IMG/VR virus record: IMGVR_UViG_3300027805_000008 | Location: 27,330 to 91,329 of that record | Direction: 5' to 3' (one strand) | From: a virus | DNA: 64,000 nucleotides | Part shown: positions 49,179 through 57,756 of the stretch, piece by piece | How the letters are laid out: every line of letters starts with the position of its first letter | Position numbering within the stretch: position 1 is the first letter of the stretch | The notes under the pieces: model-generated | Databases searched by the model: none | Told to the model about the DNA's origin: nothing | Seen by the model: the letters and a program-made list of their open reading frames with translations, nothing else | Position numbers and translations under genes: made by a program

Positions 49179-52100
49179 TTGACTAGAAAGTTACAGTACT
49201 TTGTAACCAGCCTTTTTATTATCGGCTGGCTTTTCCTTTTTGGGCCCAGTGTAGCAAATGCTGATGAGCCAACAGTTCAAGTAACTCCAGCTAATCCTTC
49301 TTCAGATACCGCCACAGCAACCACTCCTGTTACAGTTGAGATAGTTGCAGACAAGGTTGAAGCGGCAGCAGAGACATTGCAGGCAGCGGCAGAAACACAG
49401 GCAACAGCAATCACTACTACAATTCAGGCAAATGTTCCTAACACAACAACAGAGCAAGCAGCTACAATTGCTACTACACAAGAACCAATTGCTACTGCAG
49501 TAGCAGAGGCTACGGTAAAGGTACAAGAGGCCACAACAGCGATTCAGTCTGCTGAGACAGCAGTTGCAGTTGCAGAGTCAGCAACAACAGTTGTTGTTGC
49601 AGCAACCGCAGTTGTTGCAGAAAAGGTTGAAGAGGTTGCAACAGCAACAGCGGCTAAAGATACTGCTGTGCAAAATAACCAAGTAGCCGAAACAAATTTA
49701 AATACGCAAACTCCTATTACTATTGCTTCTCAGGCGGCCTACGATACAGCAAGAGATAACACAAATGCAGCACAGACAGACTTAAATGCCAAGCAGGAAA
49801 CTTTAAATTCAGCCACGACTGCAGTTCAAGTACAGACAGCAGTTGTTGCATTAGATCAATCTGCGGTAAATGCGGCACAAGCAGTAGTAGATGCAAATAC
49901 TTCTCCAGGACTTAATGTAACCGTTTACAGCAATCCAGGAACTGGGGGTTCCCCAGCTCAGGGAGGTACTGTTGTCTATACTGGAAAAGATACTAACGGT
50001 ATCAATGAGCAATACGGAGGCGGCGGCCCAACAGTAAATGGTGGGACAACAACTACTACTGAAACATTTAGCGGCAATAAGTTAAATACAAATATTGGAA
50101 TTACAGTAAATGGTACTCCTGTTTCAACTACAAACAATAGCGGTGTTTATATTGCTTCAATTGGTTGGCCAGGGGGACAAGATCCATCGCTAACCATGTA
50201 TGGTGCAACTGCTAATACAACTATAACAGTTCCAGCAAATACAGTTAATGCGAGTTTTCAAATGTTTGCTAAGAATGGCGACTCAACTGGAACTGTAACA
50301 TATACAGATGGAACAACAGAGTCGTTCACCTTGCAAAACAATGTAAGCTCTGAGTATCCAAATTATACTCATACAGAGACCTTTGTAGCACCAGAAGGAA
50401 AGAAGATAGCAACTATTCTTATACCAGCAAACTGGGACTATTATGCTATAGATAACGTATCTGCAACTACACAAACTACAACAACCGTAACAGAAGATTT
50501 TCAAATTAAGTGGGATGGAATATGGACTCCACAGACAACGGGAACTCAGTATATTACTGCTCCAGCAGATGACGGAGTTATATTAAAATTAGATGGGCAA
50601 GTAGTTATTAATGACTGGGTTGATAAAGGTGGCGGAGGGTCAACAGCAGATGTTTCGACCACAGCTGGGGTCTCTAAAACTTTTGAAATGTGGTACTACG
50701 AAAATGGTGGAGGAGCTGCAGTTTCCCTACAAAGATATAATGGAAGCACTTGGGAGGTAATTCCAGCTTCTGAGTTCTCTACTTCTTCAGCAACACCTCA
50801 ACAAATAGCAACCTTAAATGCCGCAAAGACTACCCTTGCGACAGATACGGCTACTCTAAATACTTTAACTACACAAAAAGTAACAGCTGAGACCGCAGTA
50901 AACGCTGCAACTTCTGCTTTAACAACTGCACAAGCAACTCAATCTTCCGCTGCCACCACCATGCTTGCCCAAGAAGCAGTTCAAGCTGTAGTTCAGCAGG
51001 CAGCTTGGGATACTCGTGCAGCAGTAGAAACTACTACAGCAAACTTGACAGCAGCAAATCAAAACTTAACAAATGCTAATCAAAACTTAACAACTGCTAA
51101 TCAAAACCTACAGGTGGCAATTCAAGCAGCAGACTCTCTTGCTAATACGGCAACAACAAAAGTAAATGAAGCAGTAACTGCAATGACAAATGCTGCTCAG
51201 GTTACTACAAATTATTATGCAGAACAGCAAGCGTTAGCACAAGCAGCTGCACAAGCTGCAGCGCAAGCTGCAGCACAACAAGCCGCACAAGAAGCTACAG
51301 CAGCGGAAGCAGCAGCAGCTCAAGCAGAAGCACAAGCTAAAGCAGCCGCTGAAGCAGCGGCAAAAGCTGAAGCAGAAGCAAAAGCAGCTGCAGAAGCTGC
51401 AGCAAAAGCAGAAGCCGAAGCTAAAGCAGCCGCTGAAGCAGCGGCAAAAGCTGAAGCAGATAGAGTTGCTGCTGAAGAAGCAGCAGCTAAGGCAGAGGCA
51501 GATCGTGTAGCAGCAGAAGAAGCTGCAGCAAAAGCAGAGCAAGAGGCTAAAGAGCAAGCGGAAGCAGATGCAAAAGCAGAATCAGATAGATTAGAAGCAG
51601 AGGCAGAGGCTGCAAGAGAAGCGGAAGAGCAAGCAAAGGCAGAAGCAGAGGCTAAGGCACAAGAAGAAGCAAACGCTAAAGCAGAAGCAGAAGCAAAGCA
51701 AGCGGAGGCTGAAGCTAAACAAGCAGAAGCAGATAAGTTAAAGGCGGAAGCAGAAGCAAAGCAAGCAGAAAAGGAAGCCCTTGATAAAGCAATAGAAGAT
51801 GCTAAAGCAGGTAAAGAATTAACTGAAGAGCAAAAAGATGCAGTAGTTGCTACATTGATTGAAGATTTAAAGCCAGGGCAAGCAGTAAGTTCTGCAGACA
51901 TTAAAGCATCTGGAATTGAGTATAAAGATCTTCCAGCAGCAACACCAGTAGATGTTAGAACAGATGAAAATGGAAATGCAGTTGTAATTACTGCAGCAGT
52001 TGCTGCACAAGTAGAGCTACTTCAGGATCCAGGAGCACTAGTAGAAGAATTATTTACAAATCCAGCAGCAGCTTTGGCGGCATTTGGATCAATTGGCGCA

Positions 52101-52298
52101 GACATGTCTGAAGAAGAAAGAGAAGAAGCAACAGAGATGGTTGTAGCTACAGTAGTTGCAGCAGGTGCTGCAATCAATGCAGCAGCAGTTGCCACAGGAG
52201 GAGCCACAGGAGGTGGCACGGGAGGCGGAGGAAGTTCTGGAGGAGGTGGCGCTTCAGGTGCCAATTCACCAGGTTCACGAGGAGGTAGAAAATGGTAA
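49179..52298 (+). CDS. giant secreted/surface protein: signal peptide, coiled stalk, split PA14 domain, Ala/Glu/Lys repeats, C-terminal hydrophobic and Gly-rich tail
   Basis: ANA-DE signal cleavage; FQIKWDG...ADDGV...INDW...YYENGGGA (PA14); TTG start after AGGAG. Confidence 0.8.
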   Translation: MTRKLQYFVTSLFIIGWLFLFGPSVANADEPTVQVTPANPSSDTATATTPVTVEIVADKVEAAAETLQAAAETQATAITTTIQANVPNTTTEQAATIATTQEPIATAVAEATVKVQEATTAIQSAETAVAVAESATTVVVAATAVVAEKVEEVATATAAKDTAVQNNQVAETNLNTQTPITIASQAAYDTARDNTNAAQTDLNAKQETLNSATTAVQVQTAVVALDQSAVNAAQAVVDANTSPGLNVTVYSNPGTGGSPAQGGTVVYTGKDTNGINEQYGGGGPTVNGGTTTTTETFSGNKLNTNIGITVNGTPVSTTNNSGVYIASIGWPGGQDPSLTMYGATANTTITVPANTVNASFQMFAKNGDSTGTVTYTDGTTESFTLQNNVSSEYPNYTHTETFVAPEGKKIATILIPANWDYYAIDNVSATTQTTTTVTEDFQIKWDGIWTPQTTGTQYITAPADDGVILKLDGQVVINDWVDKGGGGSTADVSTTAGVSKTFEMWYYENGGGAAVSLQRYNGSTWEVIPASEFSTSSATPQQIATLNAAKTTLATDTATLNTLTTQKVTAETAVNAATSALTTAQATQSSAATTMLAQEAVQAVVQQAAWDTRAAVETTTANLTAANQNLTNANQNLTTANQNLQVAIQAADSLANTATTKVNEAVTAMTNAAQVTTNYYAEQQALAQAAAQAAAQAAAQQAAQEATAAEAAAAQAEAQAKAAAEAAAKAEAEAKAAAEAAAKAEAEAKAAAEAAAKAEADRVAAEEAAAKAEADRVAAEEAAAKAEQEAKEQAEADAKAESDRLEAEAEAAREAEEQAKAEAEAKAQEEANAKAEAEAKQAEAEAKQAEADKLKAEAEAKQAEKEALDKAIEDAKAGKELTEEQKDAVVATLIEDLKPGQAVSSADIKASGIEYKDLPAATPVDVRTDENGNAVVITAAVAAQVELLQDPGALVEELFTNPAAALAAFGSIGADMSEEEREEATEMVVATVVAAGAAINAAAVATGGATGGGTGGGGSSGGGGASGANSPGSRGGRKW
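51334..51780 (+). repeat. TolA-like coding repeats
   Basis: 14-aa units (AKAAAEAAAKAEAE x3, DRVAAEEAAAKAE x2); identical 43-nt copies at 51334 and 51418. Confidence 0.9.
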
Positions 52299-52474
52299 GA
52301 GTAATAAAAAATATAATCAAGGATCTAATTGATCAGGCCTGGACCCTTCTTGGTATGTTTATTGCTTGGGTAGTCCTTGATGGTAGTGCTAAAACTATTG
52401 TGGGCTATGGAATTATAGCAACAACGGCCCTTTGGATAGTCACAAGCCCTGCTAGAAATAAAGAATCCGAATAG
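52292..52474 (+). CDS. small two-TM protein coupled to the surface protein
   Basis: GGAGG SD inside the upstream gene; QAWTLLGMFIAWVVLDG. Confidence 0.75.
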   Translation: MVRVIKNIIKDLIDQAWTLLGMFIAWVVLDGSAKTIVGYGIIATTALWIVTSPARNKESE

Positions 52475-52488
52475 GGTATAATAGTAGC

Positions 52489-52704
52489 ATGAGGAAATTA
52501 ATTACTATTGCCCTATCTGGGCTATTAATGCTATCATTGACTGGATGCGATTCTTTGAATAGATACCGCTATCCATGTCAAGATCCTAAAAATTGGGAAA
52601 TTGCAGAATGTAATCCTCCAGAATGTGAAGCCTCACAGACTTGCACGAAAGATGTAATAACAATTACACCTACTACACCAGAACAGGAAATAACAAATGG
52701 CTAA
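52489..52704 (+). CDS. small Cys-rich lipoprotein
   Basis: Lipobox LTG-C20 plus four further Cys; leaderless after TATAAT at 52477. Confidence 0.75.
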   Translation: MRKLITIALSGLLMLSLTGCDSLNRYRYPCQDPKNWEIAECNPPECEASQTCTKDVITITPTTPEQEITNG

Positions 52705-53107
52705 AGAAAAACTAACGCCCGCAGACCTAGATGCTCGTTTAAAGTTTATTCTAGGAATAACTCTTGGAAGCATTCTGTTTCTAACAGCTCTTGGAATTAT
52801 CTACGGATTGTTGTTTGTAACACAGCCTATCGGAGCACAGTCAGAGAACGATAAAATGTTTTTTAACGTTCTAGGTAGTATTGCAACATTTATTACAGGA
52901 ACACTCGCAGGAATTCTAATTGGTAACTCTGGTGCTAAAGATATTATGAAGGCTCAGTTAGATAACAAAGAGATGGATGCTAAGAACACACAAGCAGACA
53001 AGAAGCTTGAAGCAGAAATTGATGCAACTGCAGCACGTTTAGCAGCAAAGCCAGATGGCGCAATGCCAGCAGAGCAGCCAGTTGATGAAGATTGGGATAA
53101 AGACTAA
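52697..53107 (+). CDS. two-TM membrane protein (holin candidate)
   Basis: Two hydrophobic helices, charged tail, in lysis cassette. Confidence 0.6.
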   Translation: MAKEKLTPADLDARLKFILGITLGSILFLTALGIIYGLLFVTQPIGAQSENDKMFFNVLGSIATFITGTLAGILIGNSGAKDIMKAQLDNKEMDAKNTQADKKLEAEIDATAARLAAKPDGAMPAEQPVDEDWDKD

Positions 53108-53331
53108 TGAAGATGAAAGATAAGTTAATGTGGGTTATCACCCTCGGAATACTTGGCTTCATTGGCTTAGTAGTTCTTGGTGAATACGCTTCAATGCTTG
53201 CACAACAGTTTACTTCAGGTGAAAAATATGGAACCAATGAAGACGCAATTGCCCTAGTGCAAAATGCACTTGTAGGACTTATAGGAATTATCGGCGGATA
53301 TTTTGCTGGTAAAAGTAAAGGTGATGAATAA
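53107..53331 (+). CDS. two-TM membrane protein (holin/antiholin candidate)
   Basis: ITLG motif and Gly-spaced second helix shared with previous gene. Confidence 0.55.
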   Translation: MKMKDKLMWVITLGILGFIGLVVLGEYASMLAQQFTSGEKYGTNEDAIALVQNALVGLIGIIGGYFAGKSKGDE

Positions 53332-53927
53332 TGTCGCAAGATTTTCCAGTACCAGCAGAAACAGCAAAAGCACCTAAAGGTAGCGTTGCCAGATTAATTC
53401 AGGTTGCTAAATCTCAAGTAGGATACATCGAAGGTCCTAAAGATAATGAGACAAAGTACGGCGCATATACAAAAGCTAACTTCCAGCCTTGGTGCGGATC
53501 TTTTGTAAACTGGTGTGCAAATGAAGCAGGAGTAAAGATTCCTAATACAGTTTATACCCCAGGTGGCGCAGCAGCATTTAAGAAGGCTAATGCATGGATT
53601 GACGGAGACATTGCAGATCCAGAGCCAGGAGATATCGCCTATTTTGATTTCCCTTCAGACGGTGTCGATAGAATTTCTCACGTAGGAATTGTTATTGAAG
53701 ATAACGAAGATGGAACAGTGTGGTGCATTGAAGGAAATACTTCTTCAAAGAAATCTGGAAGCCAAAGAAATGGCGGAGAGGCCTGTAAACAACTTCGTGC
53801 ATTTAAGAAAAACAAAGCAGGAGTACAGGTTTCTATAGTAGGGTTTGGACGACCAAAGTTTAAATCTGGAGGAGCAACAAGGCCAGCTGTAACAGGCTCT
53901 GCAGTATGCCCAACCTGCGGAAAGTAA
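53331..53927 (+). CDS. CHAP-domain endolysin
   Basis: A..QVGY.E..N.TKYG...PWC.SFV.W, PGD, SHVGIV, EGNT, GFGRP. Confidence 0.88.
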   Translation: MSQDFPVPAETAKAPKGSVARLIQVAKSQVGYIEGPKDNETKYGAYTKANFQPWCGSFVNWCANEAGVKIPNTVYTPGGAAAFKKANAWIDGDIADPEPGDIAYFDFPSDGVDRISHVGIVIEDNEDGTVWCIEGNTSSKKSGSQRNGGEACKQLRAFKKNKAGVQVSIVGFGRPKFKSGGATRPAVTGSAVCPTCGK

Positions 53928-53928
53928 A

Positions 53929-54072
53929 ATGAATACATACAAGATTAAACTAGAAGTAGATGCTGAAGTAGAAGCATTTTCTTCAGATGATGCAGTAGAT
54001 TATGCTAATGATATTTTTGGCGTAGACGATGAAGTTAAAAATGTTAAAGTTGTTAGCGTAAAGGAGAAATAA
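53929..54072 (+). CDS. 47-aa acidic microprotein
   Basis: MNTYKIKLEVDAEVEAFSSDDA...; fills the gap exactly. Confidence 0.6.
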   Translation: MNTYKIKLEVDAEVEAFSSDDAVDYANDIFGVDDEVKNVKVVSVKEK

Positions 54073-54939
54073 ATGGCAAAAGAAGGATATAAGCCTACTG
54101 CTGGAATGCAATCAGCAGCACGACGTGCTATTAAGCTAAAAGAGCAGGGAAAAGCAAAAGGTGCTGGAACAGTAGTTGGCTGGACTCGTGCAGGACAATT
54201 AGCTCGTGGAGAAACATTAAGCCTATCTACAGTTAAACGTATGTATTCTTATTTCTCACGTCATGAAGTAGATAAAAAAGGTAAAGATTGGGATAACTCA
54301 GAAAATCCTTCAAACGGAAAGATTATGTGGTTAGCATGGGGCGGAGATGCAGGATTCTCTTGGTCTCGTAAAATAGTAGAGAGAGAGAAGAATATGAAGA
54401 AGTCACTTACAACAAATGAATTAGTAGAAGAAATTAAAGATATGCTGGATGATGTAATTAATCCAGCAGATACAGTAGTTGAAATTCCAGATGATGAAGA
54501 AATTACAAAAGCCCTACGCCCTGAAGTTACAAAAGAACAACTGGGCATGGTTATTGAACATTTAATGGAAGCAATTGAGGGCATGATTGAGATGCCAGAA
54601 GAGGAAGACTCAGAAGAAGAGTCAGATTCAGCAGAAATGGAAGTAGAAGACGCAAATCCTTCCAATCCAGCTCCAGTTGGAGATCCTATGAAGAACGAAG
54701 TAAATTGGCCAGTATCAAAATCAAATGACGAAGATAAAGAAGACTATGAGTCAGACAATGAAGAAGAAGATAAATGGGACAATATGGCCAAAGCTTGCTG
54801 GTCAGGATATACCCAAAGAGGCATGAAAGAAAAGAATGGCAGAATGGTTCCAAATTGTGTGCCAGTTGAAAAAGCACAAGACCTATCAGAAGCAGATCAA
54901 GTCAAAAAGTCCATATGGGATGGAACTTTTATTAAATAG
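54073..54939 (+). CDS. probable internal head (capsid cargo) polyprotein
   Basis: Basic N-terminal domain (TVKRMYSYFSRH, LAWGG), acidic linker, CWSGY...VPNCVP motif, C-terminal KKSIWDGTF matching the scaffold end. Confidence 0.6.
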   Translation: MAKEGYKPTAGMQSAARRAIKLKEQGKAKGAGTVVGWTRAGQLARGETLSLSTVKRMYSYFSRHEVDKKGKDWDNSENPSNGKIMWLAWGGDAGFSWSRKIVEREKNMKKSLTTNELVEEIKDMLDDVINPADTVVEIPDDEEITKALRPEVTKEQLGMVIEHLMEAIEGMIEMPEEEDSEEESDSAEMEVEDANPSNPAPVGDPMKNEVNWPVSKSNDEDKEDYESDNEEEDKWDNMAKACWSGYTQRGMKEKNGRMVPNCVPVEKAQDLSEADQVKKSIWDGTFIK

Positions 54940-54942
54940 CTA

Positions 54943-55001
54943 TTGACATAGCCGTAGCAAAACCTGTATAATATATATCAGTGGGATGCTACGGTTTATG
55001 T
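54943..55001 (+). promoter_or_regulatory. promoter of whiB operon enclosed by an inverted repeat
   Basis: TTGACA-18-TATAAT; CCGTAGCA (54952-59) / TGCTACGG (54987-94). Confidence 0.7.
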
Positions 55002-55011
55002 TTAAGGAAAT

Positions 55012-55239
55012 ATGTTAAATTTAACAGAACTAGGTGTCGAAGTCTTTATAAAAAAGGCAAAGAATATAACTCCATATTGGGACAATTACGATCTGATTAT
55101 ATGGAAAAAAGACAATAGTGGATTTACAAACATAAAGGGCATGTTCAGAGAGAACGCTTGGGGAACAGCAGAAAGAATTGCTGTTAACGATAACGGAATA
55201 TGGAAGTTGCCCGCAAAATATGTCAGAAATTTTAAATGA
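55012..55239 (+). CDS. hypothetical protein
   Basis: AAGGA SD; Trp-rich. Confidence 0.65.
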   Translation: MLNLTELGVEVFIKKAKNITPYWDNYDLIIWKKDNSGFTNIKGMFRENAWGTAERIAVNDNGIWKLPAKYVRNFK

Positions 55240-55531
55240 TCTAGGCATAGATTCAGAAGATTTAGATTGGTTTCACCTTGGCATATGCAGAGGCATGGAC
55301 ACCAATTTATTTTATGATAAATATGAATCAGATTCTAATATAGCAAAAAATATTGATGAAATGTGTTTAAGCTGTCCAGTTATAAGCATGTGTTATGAAT
55401 CTGCAGTAGAGAATAATGAATACGGTGTTTGGGGTGGAGTTTATTTGAGCCTAGGATCAATAGATAAATCTAAAAATTTACACAAAACACAAGAGACTTG
55501 GAAAAGGTTAAAGAAAAAAAATGTTTATTGA
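55220..55531 (+). CDS. whiB: WhiB-family transcription factor
   Basis: W...C...D..LF...CLSCPV...C...EYGVWGG. Confidence 0.92.
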   Translation: MSEILNDLGIDSEDLDWFHLGICRGMDTNLFYDKYESDSNIAKNIDEMCLSCPVISMCYESAVENNEYGVWGGVYLSLGSIDKSKNLHKTQETWKRLKKKNVY

Positions 55532-55847
55532 TAAGAGCAATGATAAATTAAAAGAACATTTTAAATACGGTATTAATCAGTGGACAGGCGAACCAAATAA
55601 GCCAGTATTTTATACAGAAGAGATGAAAAAAGCAGTACATCAAGTCAAGAAGCCTTCCATGCTTCTAATGGATATAGTAATGTATCCAGACTTCTTAGCA
55701 TTAAGACTATATGAAGATAATTTTTTACAGTTTGAGGGAACCAAAAAAGAAATGGTTATTGATTATGTAACAAAGGTCAAGAGGTTGATCGAATCATACG
55801 GAGTAAGATGCGAGTTGGAGGGAAAACCTAGTGAGAGAGTACTATGA
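55521..55847 (+). CDS. hypothetical protein
   Basis: ORF in tight operon. Confidence 0.65.
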   Translation: MFIDKSNDKLKEHFKYGINQWTGEPNKPVFYTEEMKKAVHQVKKPSMLLMDIVMYPDFLALRLYEDNFLQFEGTKKEMVIDYVTKVKRLIESYGVRCELEGKPSERVL

Positions 55848-56028
55848 TACAACCCATATTGTATTTATTCATTCTGAACAGTGCTATGGGACTGTCGAAA
55901 AGCTTGGTGCATGGGCATCAATTGTGAAGTACGATAATGATGGGATAGAGTATAACGAGCTTATGGAAAATGAAGAATTTACTATAGTAGACGAAATAGT
56001 ATTTAAACATGTTGAGGAATCAAATTAA
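55831..56028 (+). CDS. hypothetical SH3-like protein
   Basis: GGAGG SD; YGTVEKLG...IVKY. Confidence 0.6.
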   Translation: MREYYDTTHIVFIHSEQCYGTVEKLGAWASIVKYDNDGIEYNELMENEEFTIVDEIVFKHVEESN

Positions 56029-56264
56029 TGGAAAAAATTCTGTGTTACAGTTGCAATAAGTCTAAGAATAAATTAGACGTAAAAAGATCTTCTCTTTTGC
56101 CAATAAACTTACTTGTTTGTGAGTCATGTAGTTCGGCTAAGCTTGAGCCACGCTGGGTAGTAATATTAGCAGGCAGATCAAATGGCCCAGACCATGTTAG
56201 AGATTTTATTGTAAAAAGAAAGTATTTAGGCAACGAAATTACTGCCTCTGAACTCTTAATTTAG
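56028..56264 (+). CDS. zinc-finger protein
   Basis: CYSC...CESC...EPRW. Confidence 0.7.
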   Translation: MEKILCYSCNKSKNKLDVKRSSLLPINLLVCESCSSAKLEPRWVVILAGRSNGPDHVRDFIVKRKYLGNEITASELLI

Positions 56265-56292
56265 GTTCATTTCACTGTATAATTAGTTTATA

Positions 56293-56622
56293 ATGGATAT
56301 AAATTATACCTCTATAGTAATTGCTATTTCTGCTGCCATATTGTCTGGCATGGGAACTGCAATTATTGCTGGTTTACGAGATAATAAAAAAGAAAAAACA
56401 AGACGGCAAGAGCGTGAGCAAGATCATCTTAAATTAGAGCTAAAAGACTTAAAGCTTGAATTATATAGAATTGAAAGAGAATTGACAGAATGGAAGGATA
56501 AATATTATAATGCCATTCAAGAGCTCATATCTGTTAAGTCTGAGCTCGAGGAAACAATGCTTAAACTATCATTTATAGACCATCAAATAGAGAATTTAGA
56601 GTCGCTGGACAGAGAATTTTAA
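56293..56622 (+). CDS. N-terminal TM plus coiled-coil protein
   Basis: Hydrophobic N-terminus, heptads; TATAAT at 56278. Confidence 0.7.
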   Translation: MDINYTSIVIAISAAILSGMGTAIIAGLRDNKKEKTRRQEREQDHLKLELKDLKLELYRIERELTEWKDKYYNAIQELISVKSELEETMLKLSFIDHQIENLESLDREF

Positions 56623-56640
56623 AAATAGTATACTGGGCTT

Positions 56641-57207
56641 ATGACCTGTATAGTAGCCCTTATTCACGAAAATAAAGTCCTTCTTGGGGGAGATGCCGCT
56701 GCATCTGACGACAAGTCTGGTTTAATTTTTCAAAGAACAGATCCGAAGGTTTTTAAGGTGGGCCAGTTTGGAATAGGGTTTGTAGATAGTTTTAGAATGG
56801 GTCAAATACTTCAATACAATTGGACTCCACCTAAGTATACTCCGACTGCTGGCTATAGAAACTTAGATAAATTTATTAGAACAAAGTTTGTTGAATCAAT
56901 CAAGGACGCCTTTAAAGAGCAAGGCTATGGAAATTTTAGTTCTGGTACAGAAGACGGCGATGAAGGCGGAATATTTTTAATAGCAGTGCAGGGTGCTGGC
57001 AGAATATTTACAATGGATTCTGATTTTCATATTGGAGAAGCTGACGTGCAGTATATGTCAGAGGGTGCAGGACAAGAGCTTGCGCTAGGATCTCTGTACT
57101 CTACATCAATGGTCAAGACTCCACGTAAGCGTGTACGTATGGCGTTAGAGGCTGCAGCTAAGTTTAATATGAGCGTAAGACCTCCCTTTACAATTATTGA
57201 AGTCTAG
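56641..57207 (+). CDS. Ntn-hydrolase (HslV/proteasome beta-like) peptidase
   Basis: M-T-C-I-V N-terminal Thr, GGD, KVFKVG, GAG..LALGSL; leaderless promoter TGGACA-17-TATACT. Confidence 0.8.
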   Translation: MTCIVALIHENKVLLGGDAAASDDKSGLIFQRTDPKVFKVGQFGIGFVDSFRMGQILQYNWTPPKYTPTAGYRNLDKFIRTKFVESIKDAFKEQGYGNFSSGTEDGDEGGIFLIAVQGAGRIFTMDSDFHIGEADVQYMSEGAGQELALGSLYSTSMVKTPRKRVRMALEAAAKFNMSVRPPFTIIEV

Positions 57208-57221
57208 AGTATAATAGATTT

Positions 57222-57548
57222 ATGAAATGGGTCAATCGTTTATCAGCAACCCTAGTTGGATTGATCGGCGTGGGTGTAATAAAAAGCTTTTTTGAAAGAT
57301 ACGACGTTTTAATTTTTGATAAAAATGATATCGAAGAGGCTAGGCAGGAGTCTTTAAAGCCTGAGTATAACCCAGTAGATCTTCGTGGAACCCCCACGCA
57401 TGCTTGTGTTTGTGGATCAATTCATTTTTATGTAAGAGCCATATTTGAAAATTATGAGATTGCAACCTACTTTTTAGATATGCAGTGTGTTGAGTGCGGT
57501 GCCTTATTGACGGCTCCTACCCCTTTAGACAGAGAGATAACAGAGTGA
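57222..57548 (+). CDS. membrane-anchored zinc-ribbon protein
   Basis: TM then DLRGTPTHACVCGS...CVECG; leaderless promoter TTTACA-17-TATAAT. Confidence 0.7.
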   Translation: MKWVNRLSATLVGLIGVGVIKSFFERYDVLIFDKNDIEEARQESLKPEYNPVDLRGTPTHACVCGSIHFYVRAIFENYEIATYFLDMQCVECGALLTAPTPLDREITE

Positions 57549-57715
57549 GAAAATCAGATAGAATCAGACTGCTTGAAATGGAAATGCTAAGAATGCAGTT
57601 CCAAATAGAGTATTTAAATACAGCGGTAAGGCTTTTGCTAGATGAAGCCAAGGTTACTGGGCCAGAGATGGATGCTGGCAAATGGTACAACGCTAAACTA
57701 AATAAAGATAAATAG
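57545..57715 (+). CDS. hypothetical protein
   Basis: GTGA overlap; MRKSDRIRLLE...DAGKWY. Confidence 0.55.
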   Translation: MRKSDRIRLLEMEMLRMQFQIEYLNTAVRLLLDEAKVTGPEMDAGKWYNAKLNKDK

Positions 57716-57756
57716 TAGCTATTGACAGCATTAAGTATATTTAGTATTATTGTTTT

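Noticed and set aside
51320-51901. 193-aa minus-strand ORF and the Cys-rich ORFs at 49302, 50283 and 51234
   Set aside because: Antisense shadows of GCA/GAA/AAA repeats in the surface protein gene; no SD or promoter
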